Assembly (NCBI GenBank): GCA_965227045.1
Contig: OZ245718.1
Location: 65,199 to 129,198, forward strand
Source of the DNA: Actinomycetes bacterium
GTDB lineage: Bacteria > Actinomycetota > Actinomycetes > S36-B12
DNA length: 64,000 nt
Direction: 5' to 3'
Positions 17,302 to 28,106 of the stretch are shown here, one piece after another (position 1 is the first letter of the stretch; every line of letters starts with the position of its first letter). Position numbers and translations under genes: made by a program. The notes below the pieces were generated by a model. The model made no database searches and had not been told where the DNA came from. It saw only the letters and a program-made list of their open reading frames with translations.

Positions 17302-18051
17302 CTACTCGCGCTCGGAGCCTGCGACCAGCGGCTCGGGCTCCTCGACCGTGGTTCGCGTGAGCTTCCACACGATCACGGCGACAACCGAGCCGACGAGCGG
17401 GGCCACGATGAACAGCCACACCTGGCTCATCGCGACACCGTTTCCGGCGAAGAGTGCCGGGCCGAAGGACCGTGCCGGGTTCACCGACGTGCCGTCCAGC
17501 GGGATGCCCACGAGGTGGACGAGCGTCAGGGTGAGGCCGATCGCCAGTCCGGCGAATCCGGGCGCCGCGATGCGCTCGGTGACGAGCAGGATGACGAGCA
17601 CGAACGCACCGGTGAGGAGCACCTCGAGAAGGAACGCACCGCCGAGATTGATCGCACCGTTGTCGTAGGAGTTCGTGCCGAGGCCGCCCGTGTAGTCGGT
17701 GATACCGCCCTTGGAGACCATCAGCTTGATGACGGCGGCACCGGCGATGGCGCCGAGGAACTGCGCGATCCAGTAGCCGACCGCCTCGCTGGCGGGCATG
17801 CGGCGACCGAGCAGCATGCCCAACGTCACGGCGGGGTTGACGTGAGCACCCGAGACCGGCCCGAATGCGTACGCGATGCCGAGCAGGACAAGACCGAAAG
17901 CCAGGGCGACGCCGACGACTCCGTTGCCAGGCCCATTGCCCTCCACGCCGACCTTCGCGGCGATGCCGAAGACCGCAGCGCCGACGGCGAGGAAGACGAG
18001 CAGGAAGGTGCCGACAAACTCGGCGACGAGCTTGCGAGTGGCGGTGTTCAT
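17302..18051 (-). CDS. aqpZ: Aquaporin Z-type MIP family channel
   Basis: 249 aa from MNTATRKLVAEF, with the SD GGAGGAG upstream. Both NPA boxes are present (HVNPAVT, SVNPARS) and there are six TM segments. Confidence 0.9.
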   Translation of the reverse strand: MNTATRKLVAEFVGTFLLVFLAVGAAVFGIAAKVGVEGNGPGNGVVGVALAFGLVLLGIAYAFGPVSGAHVNPAVTLGMLLGRRMPASEAVGYWIAQFLGAIAGAAVIKLMVSKGGITDYTGGLGTNSYDNGAINLGGAFLLEVLLTGAFVLVILLVTERIAAPGFAGLAIGLTLTLVHLVGIPLDGTSVNPARSFGPALFAGNGVAMSQVWLFIVAPLVGSVVAVIVWKLTRTTVEEPEPLVAGSERE

Positions 18052-18232
18052 AGATCTCCTCCAAGTGGGCCGGCGTGGGTCACCGGCCAGCGATGCGCTC
18101 ATGGTCCCGCGAGAGGCGCGAATCGTCGGGAGGCGCGCTGTTGCGCACGACGGGCTTCGTGAGGGGGTTCGCGAGGGTGACCCGCCACCTGAGAGGCTGT
18201 CCTCCTGTCAATCCCCACCGCGGAGGGCTCCG

Positions 18233-19528
18233 ATGCCGTCGAACGACCGTTCGTTGGCCGTTGCGCTGCTTGGCGGCGGCACGGTGGGCGCGGCCGTGGC
18301 GCATCTGCTCGTCGCCAATGCGCACGATCTCGAGGAGCGCGTCGGCGCGCCAGTCGTGCTCTCGGCTGTTGCGGTACGCGATGCGACGAGGCCCAGGCCG
18401 GGCATCCCGTCCGCGCTGATCACGGCGGACGCCGCAGCAGTGGCCGCAAGCGGTGCCGACATCGTCGTGGAGGTCATGGGTGGCATCGAGCCGGCGCGCA
18501 CGCTGATCCTCGCGGCCATGGAGGCCGGCTCCAGCGTGGTCACGGCGAACAAGGCGTTGCTCGCGGCGGACGGCGCGACCCTCTACGAGGCGGCGGAGCG
18601 CAACGGTGTCGACCTGTACTTCGAGGCGGCTGTTGCTGGTGCGATCCCGCTCCTGCGACCGCTGCGCGAGTCGCTCGCCGGCGACCGGGTGACGAAGGTT
18701 CTCGGCATCGTCAACGGCACGACGAACTTCATCCTCACGAAGATGGACGAGGAGGGCGCGGACTACGCGGATGCCCTGGCCGAGGCTCAGGCTCTGGGAT
18801 ACGCCGAGGCCGACCCGACCGCTGATGTCGGCGGCCACGATGCAGCCGCGAAGGCTGCAATCCTCGCCGAACTTGCATTCCATACTCGCGTGACGATGGA
18901 CGACGTCTATCGCGAGGGGATCACCGAGGTCACCGCGGAGGACATCCGCGCCGCACAGCAGATGGGTTTCGTCATCAAGCTGCTCGCCGTGGCCGAGCTG
19001 CGCGACGACGGCGTCGTCGTCCGCGTGCATCCGGCGATGGTTCCGCGGAGTCATCCGCTGGCCAGCGTCCGCGGCGCATTCAATGCGGTGTTCATCGAGG
19101 CCGAGGCGGCGGGCGAGGTCATGTTCTACGGACGTGGTGCTGGCGGAGCGCCTACGGCCAGCGCGGTGATGGGCGATGTCGTCAGCGCGGCCCGCAACAA
19201 GGTCACTGGCGGGCGTGGTCCGGGGGAGAGCACCTACACCAAGCTCCCGGTGCTGCCGGTTGGCGAAGCGCTGACGCGCTACTACGTCAACCTCGACGTC
19301 GCCGACAAGCCGGGCGTGCTTGCGAGCATCGCGTCCGCCTTCGCCGACAACGGAGTGAGCATCCAGGTCGTCAGGCAGGACGGGCACGGCGACGATGCCG
19401 GCCTGATCGTGCGCACCCATCGGGCCAGCGACGCGGCACTGCGCAAGACCGTGGAGCAGCTGAGTGGCCTCGACACGGTCAAGAAGGTTCTGGGAGTCAT
19501 GCGAGTCGAGGGTGAGGCGGGCGCGTAG
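18233..19528 (+). CDS. hom: Homoserine dehydrogenase
   Basis: 431 aa from [19 protein letters not shown] (NAD-binding), with the SD GGAGGG upstream. The catalytic region is followed by a C-terminal ACT-like segment. It is followed by thrC and thrB. Confidence 0.93.
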   Translation: MPSNDRSLAVALLGGGTVGAAVAHLLVANAHDLEERVGAPVVLSAVAVRDATRPRPGIPSALITADAAAVAASGADIVVEVMGGIEPARTLILAAMEAGSSVVTANKALLAADGATLYEAAERNGVDLYFEAAVAGAIPLLRPLRESLAGDRVTKVLGIVNGTTNFILTKMDEEGADYADALAEAQALGYAEADPTADVGGHDAAAKAAILAELAFHTRVTMDDVYREGITEVTAEDIRAAQQMGFVIKLLAVAELRDDGVVVRVHPAMVPRSHPLASVRGAFNAVFIEAEAAGEVMFYGRGAGGAPTASAVMGDVVSAARNKVTGGRGPGESTYTKLPVLPVGEALTRYYVNLDVADKPGVLASIASAFADNGVSIQVVRQDGHGDDAGLIVRTHRASDAALRKTVEQLSGLDTVKKVLGVMRVEGEAGA

Positions 19529-19530
19529 TC

Positions 19531-20592
19531 ATGGCACATCAGTGGCGCGGAGTTATCAACGAGTACCGGGAACGGCTTCCCGTGACCGACGAGACCCCGG
19601 TGGTCACCCTCGGTGAGGGTGGGACTCCGCTCGTCCATGCGTCGGTCCTCAGCGAGATGCTCGGCTGCGATGTGTGGCTGAAGTTCGAGGGCACGAACCC
19701 CACGGGGTCATTCAAGGATCGCGGCATGACTCTCGCGATCTCTCGCGCAGTACAGGCGGGTGCGAAGGCGGTGATCTGCGCGTCGACGGGAAACACCTCC
19801 GCGAGCGCCGCGGCCTACGCGACCAAGGCCGGTCTCGCGAGTGCGGTGCTCGTGCCGCAGGGCAAGATCGCGATGGGCAAACTGGCGCAGGCGGTCGTGC
19901 ACGGCGCGACCATCCTTCAGCTCGACGGCAACTTCGACGACTGCCTGCAGATCGCCCGCCAGCTGTCGGCCGAGTACCCGGTCGAGCTGGTCAACAGCGT
20001 CAATCCCGTGCGCATCGACGGGCAGAAGACGATCAGCTTCGAGGTCGTCGACCAGCTCGGCCGCGCCCCCGACATCCATGCGCTTCCCGTTGGCAATGCT
20101 GGGAATGTCACCGCCCACTGGAAGGGCTATCGCGAGTACGCGGACGATGGACTGTCGGGACTGCCACGAATGTGGGGCTTCCAGGCGGCGGGTGCGGCAC
20201 CCATCGTCCTCGGCTACCGCATCGATCAGCCCGAGACGATCGCCACCGCCATTCGCATCGGCAACCCGGCATCGTGGGCGTTCGCAGAGACTGCGCGCGA
20301 CGACTCGGCGGGTGTTATCGAGATGGTGACCGACGACGAGATCCTCGCCGCCTACGCCATCATCGCGTCGAAGGAGGGCCTGTTCTGCGAGCCGGCGAGC
20401 GCTGCGGGTGTTGCGGGCCTGATCAAGAAGCACGCGGCCGGAGAACTCGACCCGGGCCAGCTGATCGTGTGCACGGTGACAGGGCATGGCCTGAAGGATC
20501 CGCAGTGGGCATTGGCTGACGCGCCGGATCCGGTGACCATTGCCGTCGACGTCACTGCTGCTGCACAGGCGCTTGGACTCGGGTCGTCGTGA
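19531..20592 (+). CDS. thrC: Threonine synthase
   Basis: PLP-lysine motif [14 protein letters not shown]. 353 aa. Confidence 0.95.
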   Translation: MAHQWRGVINEYRERLPVTDETPVVTLGEGGTPLVHASVLSEMLGCDVWLKFEGTNPTGSFKDRGMTLAISRAVQAGAKAVICASTGNTSASAAAYATKAGLASAVLVPQGKIAMGKLAQAVVHGATILQLDGNFDDCLQIARQLSAEYPVELVNSVNPVRIDGQKTISFEVVDQLGRAPDIHALPVGNAGNVTAHWKGYREYADDGLSGLPRMWGFQAAGAAPIVLGYRIDQPETIATAIRIGNPASWAFAETARDDSAGVIEMVTDDEILAAYAIIASKEGLFCEPASAAGVAGLIKKHAAGELDPGQLIVCTVTGHGLKDPQWALADAPDPVTIAVDVTAAAQALGLGSS

Positions 20593-21512
20593 GCGCCCTT
20601 CGTCGAGACGCCGTGCGCGTGGTGGTTCCGGCCACCAGCGCCAACCTCGGCCCGGGCTTCGACAGTCTCGGCCTGGCCATGGAACTGCGTGACGACCTCG
20701 TCGCGATGGTCACCGACGATCCCGGCGTTCTCGTCGAGGTCGCGGGGGAGGGCTGCGACGACGTTCCCCTCGACGACTCCCATCTCGTCGTTCAGGCGAT
20801 GGCAGCAGGCTTCGCGTGGCTGGGCGTCCGCCCGCCCGGTTTCGTCCTGCGCTGCACGAACGTCATTCCGCACGGCCGGGGACTGGGCTCATCCGCGGCA
20901 GCCATCGTCGGCGGGATCGTGCTGGCTCGGGCGATGGTCGACGACGGACCTGATCGGATGTCCGACGACGACGTGCTCCAGTTGGCGCTGACCTTCGAGT
21001 CGCATCCGGACAATCTCGCGGCCGCCGTCTACGGGGGCTTCACCATCGCCTGGCTCAATGGCGATGGCAGCGCTACGGCGGTGCGGCGGGATACCCATCC
21101 CGACGTCAACGTCCGGATGCTCGTGCCGGGCTCGTCGGTGCTGACCCAGACCGCACGCGCCGCGCTGCCAGCAACGGTGCCCTTTGCTGACGCGAGCTTC
21201 AACATCGCCAGGACCGCGCTGCTCGTCCATGCCATGACCACTGATCCGACCCAGCTCCTCACTGCCACCGCGGATCGCCTCCACCAGCAGGCTCGCGCGG
21301 GCATCTATCCGGCGTCGGTGGACCTCGTCGATCGCCTGCGGTCAGCAGGTGTGGCGGCCGTGGTGTCCGGAGCCGGACCGTCAGTCCTTGCCTTCGTCAC
21401 GGCCGAAACTCGATCAACTGTCGACAATCTCCTCCCTGAGTCCTGGCGCGGCCTGTCTTTGGACGTCTCGGACAAGGGAGCGCAGGAAATCCCCCTCCCA
21501 CTCGTGCACTAG
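20589..21512 (+). CDS. thrB: Homoserine kinase
   Basis: It has the GHMP kinase motif [12 protein letters not shown] and the N-terminal [13 protein letters not shown]. There is a GTGA start/stop overlap with thrC. Confidence 0.93.
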   Translation: MSALRRDAVRVVVPATSANLGPGFDSLGLAMELRDDLVAMVTDDPGVLVEVAGEGCDDVPLDDSHLVVQAMAAGFAWLGVRPPGFVLRCTNVIPHGRGLGSSAAAIVGGIVLARAMVDDGPDRMSDDDVLQLALTFESHPDNLAAAVYGGFTIAWLNGDGSATAVRRDTHPDVNVRMLVPGSSVLTQTARAALPATVPFADASFNIARTALLVHAMTTDPTQLLTATADRLHQQARAGIYPASVDLVDRLRSAGVAAVVSGAGPSVLAFVTAETRSTVDNLLPESWRGLSLDVSDKGAQEIPLPLVH

Positions 21513-21738
21513 AAACGCCCCGGGTGTTATGCTCATCACGCTCCAGCAATGACGGCGGCTCGCCGATCTCTTAGGCAGCGGGCCAGCAATCAAAAAATTC
21601 GCGGTGGAAACCACCCGAGCCCACTGGATGCACCCACCCGGTCACACGGTGACACGTGCCGACCGCCGCGGGTAGTTATTGCCTCTTCGCAGGAACTTCA
21701 CCACGTCGAAGATCTTCTTCCACCAAAGGAATACATAC

Positions 21739-23586
21739 GTGACAGACACCGCAGTGTCGACGACCGCAGGATCAACCCGCGGCGGCGGCCTCTCGGCCAT
21801 GCTCCTCCCCGAGCTCAAGCAGCTCGCCTCGCAACTGGGAATCACCGGTGCCAGCGCGATGCGCAAGGGAGATCTGGTAGCGGCCATCGGCGACCGGCAG
21901 CGGCCGGCGTCCACCCCAGAGACGGGCGCCACCGAGCGCCCGCGTCGCGCCGCCCGGCGCGACCAGGCTCCGGCAGCCGCGGCAGACGCCGCCCCGGAGA
22001 CCACCACAGACAAGCAGCAGGCCTCCGGCGATGACACCCCGTCGGACAGTCAGCAGTCCAGCGACCGCGGCAACGACCGCGGCGACAACCGGAACGACCG
22101 CAGCGACAACCGCAGCAATGGCGATCGAAACAACGGCGATCGCAGTAACGGCGATCGCAGCAATTCCGGTGCCGCCAACAGTGATCGCGGCGAGAACCGC
22201 AATGACCGCAACCGCAATGACCGCAACCGCAACGACCGCGATCGCAACAATGACCGTGCCCCCGATCGTGACCGCAACAACGACCGTGGTCCCGACCGTG
22301 GCCCGGACCGCGAGCGCACCGATGGCTTCGAGGGAAGCCGTCGCCGCCGTGGCCGCGACCGTGGCCGCGATCGCAACCGGGACCGCGCGCCCGGCGGCGG
22401 CGGATACAACGACATCGAGCCGGAGATCTCGGCCGACGATGTCCTCGTCCCGGTCGCCGGAATCCTCGACGTGCTGGAGAACTACGCATTCGTCCGCACC
22501 ACCGGATACCTGCCGGGCCCGAACGACGTCTACGTATCGCTGTCGATGGTTCGCCGTCAGGGACTGCGCAAGGGTGACGCCATCACCGGCGCGGTCAAGG
22601 CACCGCTCGAGGGCGGACAGCGCGAGAAGTTCAATCCGCTCGTGCGTATCGACACCGTCAACGGCGGACCACTCGCCGCGGCACTGAACCGTCCGGAGTT
22701 CTCCAAGCTGACCCCGCTCTACCCGCAGGATCGGCTGCGCCTGGAGAGCACTCCGGGCAACCTGACCACCCGCGTGATCGACCTCGTCGCCCCGATCGGC
22801 AAGGGCCAGCGCGGCCTGATCGTCTCGCCGCCCAAGGCCGGCAAGACGATGGTGCTGCAGTCGATCGCCAACGCGATCGTCACCAACAACCCCGAGGTTC
22901 ACCTCATGGTTGTCCTGGTCGACGAGCGGCCTGAAGAGGTCACCGACATGCAGCGTTCGGTCAAGGGTGAGGTCATCGCCTCGACCTTCGACCGTCCCGC
23001 CGAGGACCACACGATCATCGCCGAGCTGTCGATCGAGCGCGCCAAGCGCCTCGTGGAGATGGGCAAGGACGTCGTCGTCCTGCTCGACTCGATGACCCGC
23101 CTCGGTCGTGCGTACAACCTCGCAGCGCCTGCGTCCGGCCGCATCCTGTCCGGTGGTGTCGACTCCACAGCGCTGTACCCGCCGAAGCGCTTCTTCGGGG
23201 CCGCCCGCAACATCGAGAACGGCGGGTCTCTCACGATCCTCGCCACGGCGCTCGTCGAGACCGGTTCGCGAATGGACGAGGTCATCTTCGAGGAGTTCAA
23301 GGGCACCGGCAACATGGAGCTCAAGCTCGACCGTCGCCTCGCGGACAAGAGAGTGTTCCCGGCCGTCGACGTTGACGCCTCGGGTACTCGCAAGGAGGAC
23401 CTCCTCATGTCAGCCGAGGAGCTGAAGGTCGTCTGGAAGCTTCGCCGGGTGCTTCACGCCCTCGATCAGCAGCAGTCGATCGAACTCCTGCTCAGCAAGC
23501 TGCGCGAGACCCAGAGCAACTCCGAGTTCCTGCTCCAGATTCAGCAGACCACCCCGTCCATGAGTGGCCTTCGCGACGAAGGCTGA
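21739..23586 (+). CDS. rho: Transcription termination factor Rho with a long Asn/Asp/Arg-rich insertion in the N-terminal domain
   Basis: GTG start after the SD AAGGA. It contains a Rho_N segment (LPELKQLASQLGITGASAMRKGDLVAAI), a roughly 130-aa low-complexity insert, a CSD-like RNA-binding domain, and a Walker A motif (PPKAGKT). Confidence 0.95.
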   Translation: MTDTAVSTTAGSTRGGGLSAMLLPELKQLASQLGITGASAMRKGDLVAAIGDRQRPASTPETGATERPRRAARRDQAPAAAADAAPETTTDKQQASGDDTPSDSQQSSDRGNDRGDNRNDRSDNRSNGDRNNGDRSNGDRSNSGAANSDRGENRNDRNRNDRNRNDRDRNNDRAPDRDRNNDRGPDRGPDRERTDGFEGSRRRRGRDRGRDRNRDRAPGGGGYNDIEPEISADDVLVPVAGILDVLENYAFVRTTGYLPGPNDVYVSLSMVRRQGLRKGDAITGAVKAPLEGGQREKFNPLVRIDTVNGGPLAAALNRPEFSKLTPLYPQDRLRLESTPGNLTTRVIDLVAPIGKGQRGLIVSPPKAGKTMVLQSIANAIVTNNPEVHLMVVLVDERPEEVTDMQRSVKGEVIASTFDRPAEDHTIIAELSIERAKRLVEMGKDVVVLLDSMTRLGRAYNLAAPASGRILSGGVDSTALYPPKRFFGAARNIENGGSLTILATALVETGSRMDEVIFEEFKGTGNMELKLDRRLADKRVFPAVDVDASGTRKEDLLMSAEELKVVWKLRRVLHALDQQQSIELLLSKLRETQSNSEFLLQIQQTTPSMSGLRDEG

Positions 23587-23592
23587 GGTGTG

Positions 23593-23634
23593 ACCGACCG
23601 CGGGTGGGCGATTAACTCCCCTCACGCGGTCGGT
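23593..23634 (+). terminator. Hairpin downstream of rho
   Basis: ACCGACCGCG (23593-23602) pairs with CGCGGTCGGT (23625-23634). The T-rich segment that follows is weak. Confidence 0.35.
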
Positions 23635-23707
23635 GGCATACTTATTGCGCCCCGGTTCACGGTCAGACCCACTGGTCTGCGCCGACCCGGGTCTTTAGAG
23701 GAGAGAT

Positions 23708-23935
23708 ATGAAGGCCGACATTCATCCCGCGTACGCCGAGACCACCGTCACGTGCTCGTGCGGAGCAACGTTCACCACTCGTAGCACGGCGAAGAACGGC
23801 GTGATTCACGCCGACGTCTGCTCGCAGTGCCACCCGTTCTACACGGGCAAGCAGAAGATCCTCGACACCGGCGGTCGCGTCGCGAAGTTCGAGAGCCGCT
23901 ACGGCAAGGCCGAGGACAAGACCGAAGACAAGTAG
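23708..23935 (+). CDS. rpmE: 50S ribosomal protein L31 (Zn-ribbon type A)
   Basis: MKADIHPAY...CSCGATF...[13 protein letters not shown]. The SD GAGGAGAG lies upstream. Confidence 0.95.
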   Translation: MKADIHPAYAETTVTCSCGATFTTRSTAKNGVIHADVCSQCHPFYTGKQKILDTGGRVAKFESRYGKAEDKTEDK

Positions 23936-23941
23936 CCCTCC

Positions 23942-24017
23942 CCGGGCGCCGGCCCGGGGTCGGCCGCGTGTCTCCCCCGTCGCGCGGCCGACCCCCGACC
24001 GGCGCCCGGTTGCTTTT
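23942..24017 (+). terminator. Intrinsic terminator after rpmE
   Basis: Nested stems CCGGGCGCCGG/CCGGCGCCCGG and GGGGTCGGCCGCG/CGCGGCCGACCCC are followed by TTGCTTTT. Confidence 0.7.
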
Positions 24018-24061
24018 CCGTCAGCCTCGCTTCGAGGTCGCACGCAACCGATGGGTACCTG

Positions 24062-25135
24062 ATGTTCGAGTCCTGCGCCGAGTTGGTCGTCGAATATGAC
24101 GACATCGAGCGACAGCTGGCCAACCCGGACGTGCATGGCGACCAGGCAGCAGCGCGCCAACTCGGGCGCCGGTACGCGCAGTTGCGTCCTGTGGTCGCTG
24201 CCTATCGCGAGTGGCTGACGGCATCCGAGGATCTGGTCGCTGCCCGCGAACTCGGGGAAGACGACGAGGCATTCGCCGCCGAGATCGGCCCGCTGGAGGA
24301 GCGCACCGAACTCGCGGCCGAGCACCTCACCACGTTGCTTCTTCCGCGCGACCCCATGGATGACAAGGACGTCATCGTCGAAGTCAAGGCGGGGGAGGGT
24401 GGCGAGGAGTCGGCGCTGTTCGCCAGCGATCTTGCCCGCATGTACATGAGGTACGCCGAGCGTCGTGGCTGGACCACCCAGATCCTCGAGATGGTGGAAT
24501 CCGATCTCGGTGGCTACAAGGACATCGCCATCGCGGTGAAGGCACGGGGCATTCCCGAGCCCGGCGACGCGCCCTTTGCGCGACTGAAGTTCGAGGGCGG
24601 CGTGCATCGCGTGCAGCGCGTCCCCGTCACCGAGTCGCAAGGACGCATTCACACTTCCGCGGCAGGAGTGCTCGTGCTGCCGGAGGCCGAGGACGTCGAC
24701 GTGGTCATCGACCAGAACGACCTTCGTATCGACGTCTTCCGCTCGTCCGGTCCCGGCGGCCAGAGCGTCAACACGACCGACTCCGCGGTGCGCATCACGC
24801 ATATACCCACGGGAACAGTGGTGTCCTGCCAGAACGAGAAGAGTCAGCTCCAGAACAGGGAGTCGGCGATGCGGATTCTGAGGGCTCGCCTGCTCGCCGT
24901 GGCAGAGGAGAAGGCCGCGCAGGATGCCTCCGACGCTCGCCGCTCGCAGGTTCGGACCGTCGATCGCAGCGAGCGCATCCGCACCTACAACTTTCCCGAG
25001 AACCGGCTCAGCGACCATCGAGTCGGCTTCAAGTCGCACAACCTCGACCAGATTCTCGACGGCGACCTCGACGCGGTGATCGACGCATGCGTTGAGGCCG
25101 ATCGAGAGAGCCGTCTTGGCGGCGGCGACTCGTGA
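24062..25135 (+). CDS. prfA: Peptide chain release factor 1
   Basis: It has the GGQ motif ([11 protein letters not shown]) and an RF1-type PVT tripeptide ([14 protein letters not shown]). Confidence 0.95.
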   Translation: MFESCAELVVEYDDIERQLANPDVHGDQAAARQLGRRYAQLRPVVAAYREWLTASEDLVAARELGEDDEAFAAEIGPLEERTELAAEHLTTLLLPRDPMDDKDVIVEVKAGEGGEESALFASDLARMYMRYAERRGWTTQILEMVESDLGGYKDIAIAVKARGIPEPGDAPFARLKFEGGVHRVQRVPVTESQGRIHTSAAGVLVLPEAEDVDVVIDQNDLRIDVFRSSGPGGQSVNTTDSAVRITHIPTGTVVSCQNEKSQLQNRESAMRILRARLLAVAEEKAAQDASDARRSQVRTVDRSERIRTYNFPENRLSDHRVGFKSHNLDQILDGDLDAVIDACVEADRESRLGGGDS

Positions 25136-26124
25136 CCTCCTGGGCTGAGGACGTCACGCTCGGCGGCCGGGTCACGGTGCGCGACGTGTTGTTCGATGCC
25201 GAGCACCGCCTGAACGCCGTGCGCATTCCCTCCCCGAACGTCGATGCGGCCGAGCTCGTTGCCTTCGCGCTGGGCACCAGCCGCAACCGGCTCTTCCTGC
25301 AGGACGCCGTCACCCCCGAACAGAAGGTGCGTGTCGAGCAGTTGCTCGCCCGCCGGCTGTCGCGGGTTCCCCTTCAGCACATCCTCGGCACTGCCGCGTT
25401 CCGGCATATCGAGGTGGCGGTTGGCCCGGGCGTCTTCATCCCGCGCCCGGAGACCGAACTGGTCACCGAGGCCGGAGTGCGCGAGTTGGCACTGCAGCCA
25501 CAGGGCGAGCGGATCGGCGTCGACCTGTGTTCAGGAAGCGGGGCGATCGCCATCTCCCTCGCGATGGAGTCGAACGACAGCCGCGTGTACGCGGTGGAGC
25601 TCAGCGACGACGCGATCGGGTGGACTCGACGCAATGTCGAGACCTACCAGGGTGGAATCACGGCAAAGCGCTCGACCGTCGAGGTGATCCATGGTGATGC
25701 GACCACGGTTGCCGACCCTGGTGGAGCGCTTGCCCGGCTGGCTGGCCAGGTGGCCGTGGTCGTGACGAACCCGCCCTATATTCCCGACGCGATGATTCCT
25801 CGCGAGCCCGAGGTCCGCGACCACGAGCCCAACATGGCGCTGTACGGAGGCTCCGACGGGCTCGACGTCGTGCGAGGGGTCCTGCGGACCGCCGCGATCC
25901 TGCTGAAGCCCGGCGGCCTGCTCGCGATCGAGCATGCCGACGTGCAGGGCAAGGCTGCGGGCGCGCACGGAGTGCCTGGTCTCCTTGCGGATTTCCGCGT
26001 CGACGAACACCTGTCGACGATGATCAGCATTCCGAGCGGGCGAGCGGCGTTCACGTCGATCGCGGATCGGATCGATCTCAACGGACTGCCGAGGTTCACG
26101 CTCGCGCGTCGAGTAGACGGCTAG
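25132..26124 (+). CDS. prmC: Release-factor glutamine N5-methyltransferase
   Basis: It has the NPPY motif (VVTNPPYIP) and the SAM-binding DLCSGSGAI. There is a GTGA overlap with prfA, but the start is uncertain. Confidence 0.88.
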   Translation: MTSWAEDVTLGGRVTVRDVLFDAEHRLNAVRIPSPNVDAAELVAFALGTSRNRLFLQDAVTPEQKVRVEQLLARRLSRVPLQHILGTAAFRHIEVAVGPGVFIPRPETELVTEAGVRELALQPQGERIGVDLCSGSGAIAISLAMESNDSRVYAVELSDDAIGWTRRNVETYQGGITAKRSTVEVIHGDATTVADPGGALARLAGQVAVVVTNPPYIPDAMIPREPEVRDHEPNMALYGGSDGLDVVRGVLRTAAILLKPGGLLAIEHADVQGKAAGAHGVPGLLADFRVDEHLSTMISIPSGRAAFTSIADRIDLNGLPRFTLARRVDG

Positions 26125-26130
26125 TTCGCG

Positions 26131-26796
26131 ATGACCCTACGGATCGCGTGTGCGGACGGACTTGAGCGCGAGCGCGCCGTTGCTGCGACACACGCCGCGG
26201 TCAAGCGTGGCGACTTGGCGCTGCTGCCGATGGAGAACGTCTACGCCGTAGTCGCCGACGCGTTCTCCGCTCGTGGAGTTGCTGCGCTGCGGGAGGTCAA
26301 GGGGACAGACGCAGGAGTGCCGTTGCCGGTCATGGTGGGCCGCCGCACGACCGTCGCCGGCATCGCGGTGCGCATCTCCGATCAGGCGCAGCGACTGATG
26401 GACTCCTTCTGGCCAGGCCCGATGACGATCCTGCTGACTCCCCAGCCCTCGCTGGCGTGGGACCTCGCTCGCGATGTGCCCGTCGCGATTCGCATGCCGC
26501 TGCACCCATTGGCGCTCGCGGTGCTCGAGCGCACGGGACCGCTCGCCGTCACGACGGCCAACCTCCCCGGCATGGGAGCACCGTCGGACGTGGACGACGC
26601 ACTCGAGCAGTTGGGTGACTCGGTGACGGTCGCTCTCGACGCGGGGGATCTTCGGGCCGACGATGCGCTGCCGAGTTCGGTCATCGACGCGTCCGGGGAA
26701 ACGCCAGTGCTCGTGAGGGCCGGGGCATTGTCCATAGAGCAGATTCGACGGATCTGCCCTGATGTCCGGACCGGGCCAGAGGGCGCCGGCGCGTAG
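26131..26796 (+). CDS. tsaC: L-threonylcarbamoyladenylate synthase (TsaC/YwlC/Sua5 family)
   Basis: The pattern [12 protein letters not shown]...[10 protein letters not shown] is characteristic of the YrdC fold. It occupies the conserved position after prmC. Confidence 0.85.
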   Translation: MTLRIACADGLERERAVAATHAAVKRGDLALLPMENVYAVVADAFSARGVAALREVKGTDAGVPLPVMVGRRTTVAGIAVRISDQAQRLMDSFWPGPMTILLTPQPSLAWDLARDVPVAIRMPLHPLALAVLERTGPLAVTTANLPGMGAPSDVDDALEQLGDSVTVALDAGDLRADDALPSSVIDASGETPVLVRAGALSIEQIRRICPDVRTGPEGAGA

Positions 26797-26828
26797 AGTG
26801 TGCGCATCACACTTGCCGAGGGAGTTGC

Positions 26829-28097
26829 ATGAACAGCACGCCGTTCTGGGGACCCGACTTCAACGAACTGACGTCGCAGGATCCGGAGATCGCGACCATC
26901 GTTCTCGACGAACTCGAGCGACTGCGCAGCGGCCTGCAGCTCATCGCGAGTGAGAACTTCACGTCACCAGCAGTGCTCGCGGCTCTCGGATCGACATTGA
27001 GCAACAAGTACGCAGAGGGCTACCCAGGTCGCCGGTACTACGGCGGCTGCGCTGAGGTCGACAAGGCCGAGATCATCGGCATCGATCGGGCGAAGGCGCT
27101 GTTCGGAGCCGAGCACGCGAACCTGCAGCCGCACAGTGGTGCGAGTGCGAACATCGCGGCGTACGGAGCGTTCGTCAAGCCCGGCGACACCGTGCTCGCG
27201 ATGAGTCTCCCGCACGGTGGGCACCTCACCCACGGCTCGAAGGTGAACTTCTCGGGCAAGTGGTTCGACATCGTGTCGTACGGAGTCCGCGAGGACACCG
27301 AGTTGATCGACTACGACCAGGTTCGCGCGCTGGCCCACCAGCACCGCCCGAAGATGATCATCACCGGCGCCACCGCCTATCCGCGCCTCATTGACTTCGC
27401 CATCTTCCGCGAGATCGCCGACGAGGTCGGCGCGATCCTCATGGTCGACGCGGCCCACTTCATCGGGCTCGTTGCGGGCAAGGCAATCCCGAGCCCGGTG
27501 CCGTACGCCGACGTTGTGACATTCACCACGCACAAGGTCCTGCGCGGGCCACGCGGGGGAATGATCGTCTGCAAGGAGGAGCACGCGGCCGCTATCGACA
27601 AGGCCGTGTTCCCGATGATGCAGGGCGGTCCGCTGATGCACGCCGTCGCGGCGAAGGCGGTCGCTCTCAAGGAGGCCGCGACTCCCGAGTACCAGAAGTA
27701 CGCCACGCAGGTGATCGCGAATGCGCAGGCGCTCGCCGAAGGACTCGCCGGCCAGGGCATGCGCCCGGTCAGCGGCGGCACCGATACGCACCTCGCCTTG
27801 ATCGACATCCAGGCGCTTGGCGTGACGGGCGACATCGCCGAGGCTCGCTGCGACGCTGCCCGGATCACGTTGAACAAGAACGCCATTCCCTACGACCCGC
27901 AGCCGCCGTCCAAGGGATCGGGCATCAGAGTCGGTACGCCCGCGGTAACGACGCAGGGGATGGTCGAGGCCGACATGCTCGAGATCGCCGAACTCATCGG
28001 AGCTGCGATTCGCGACGAGAACGGCACGCAGACGGCAGCCATCGGCGAGCGCGTTGCCGCGCTGGTCACCAGCAACCCGGCCTACCCCAGGGGCTGA
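26829..28097 (+). CDS. glyA: Serine hydroxymethyltransferase
   Basis: Contains LIASENFTS, the PLP-lysine context [12 protein letters not shown], and [10 protein letters not shown]-like SGGTDTHL. Confidence 0.95.
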   Translation: MNSTPFWGPDFNELTSQDPEIATIVLDELERLRSGLQLIASENFTSPAVLAALGSTLSNKYAEGYPGRRYYGGCAEVDKAEIIGIDRAKALFGAEHANLQPHSGASANIAAYGAFVKPGDTVLAMSLPHGGHLTHGSKVNFSGKWFDIVSYGVREDTELIDYDQVRALAHQHRPKMIITGATAYPRLIDFAIFREIADEVGAILMVDAAHFIGLVAGKAIPSPVPYADVVTFTTHKVLRGPRGGMIVCKEEHAAAIDKAVFPMMQGGPLMHAVAAKAVALKEAATPEYQKYATQVIANAQALAEGLAGQGMRPVSGGTDTHLALIDIQALGVTGDIAEARCDAARITLNKNAIPYDPQPPSKGSGIRVGTPAVTTQGMVEADMLEIAELIGAAIRDENGTQTAAIGERVAALVTSNPAYPRG

Positions 28098-28106
28098 CCG
28101 CACGCG

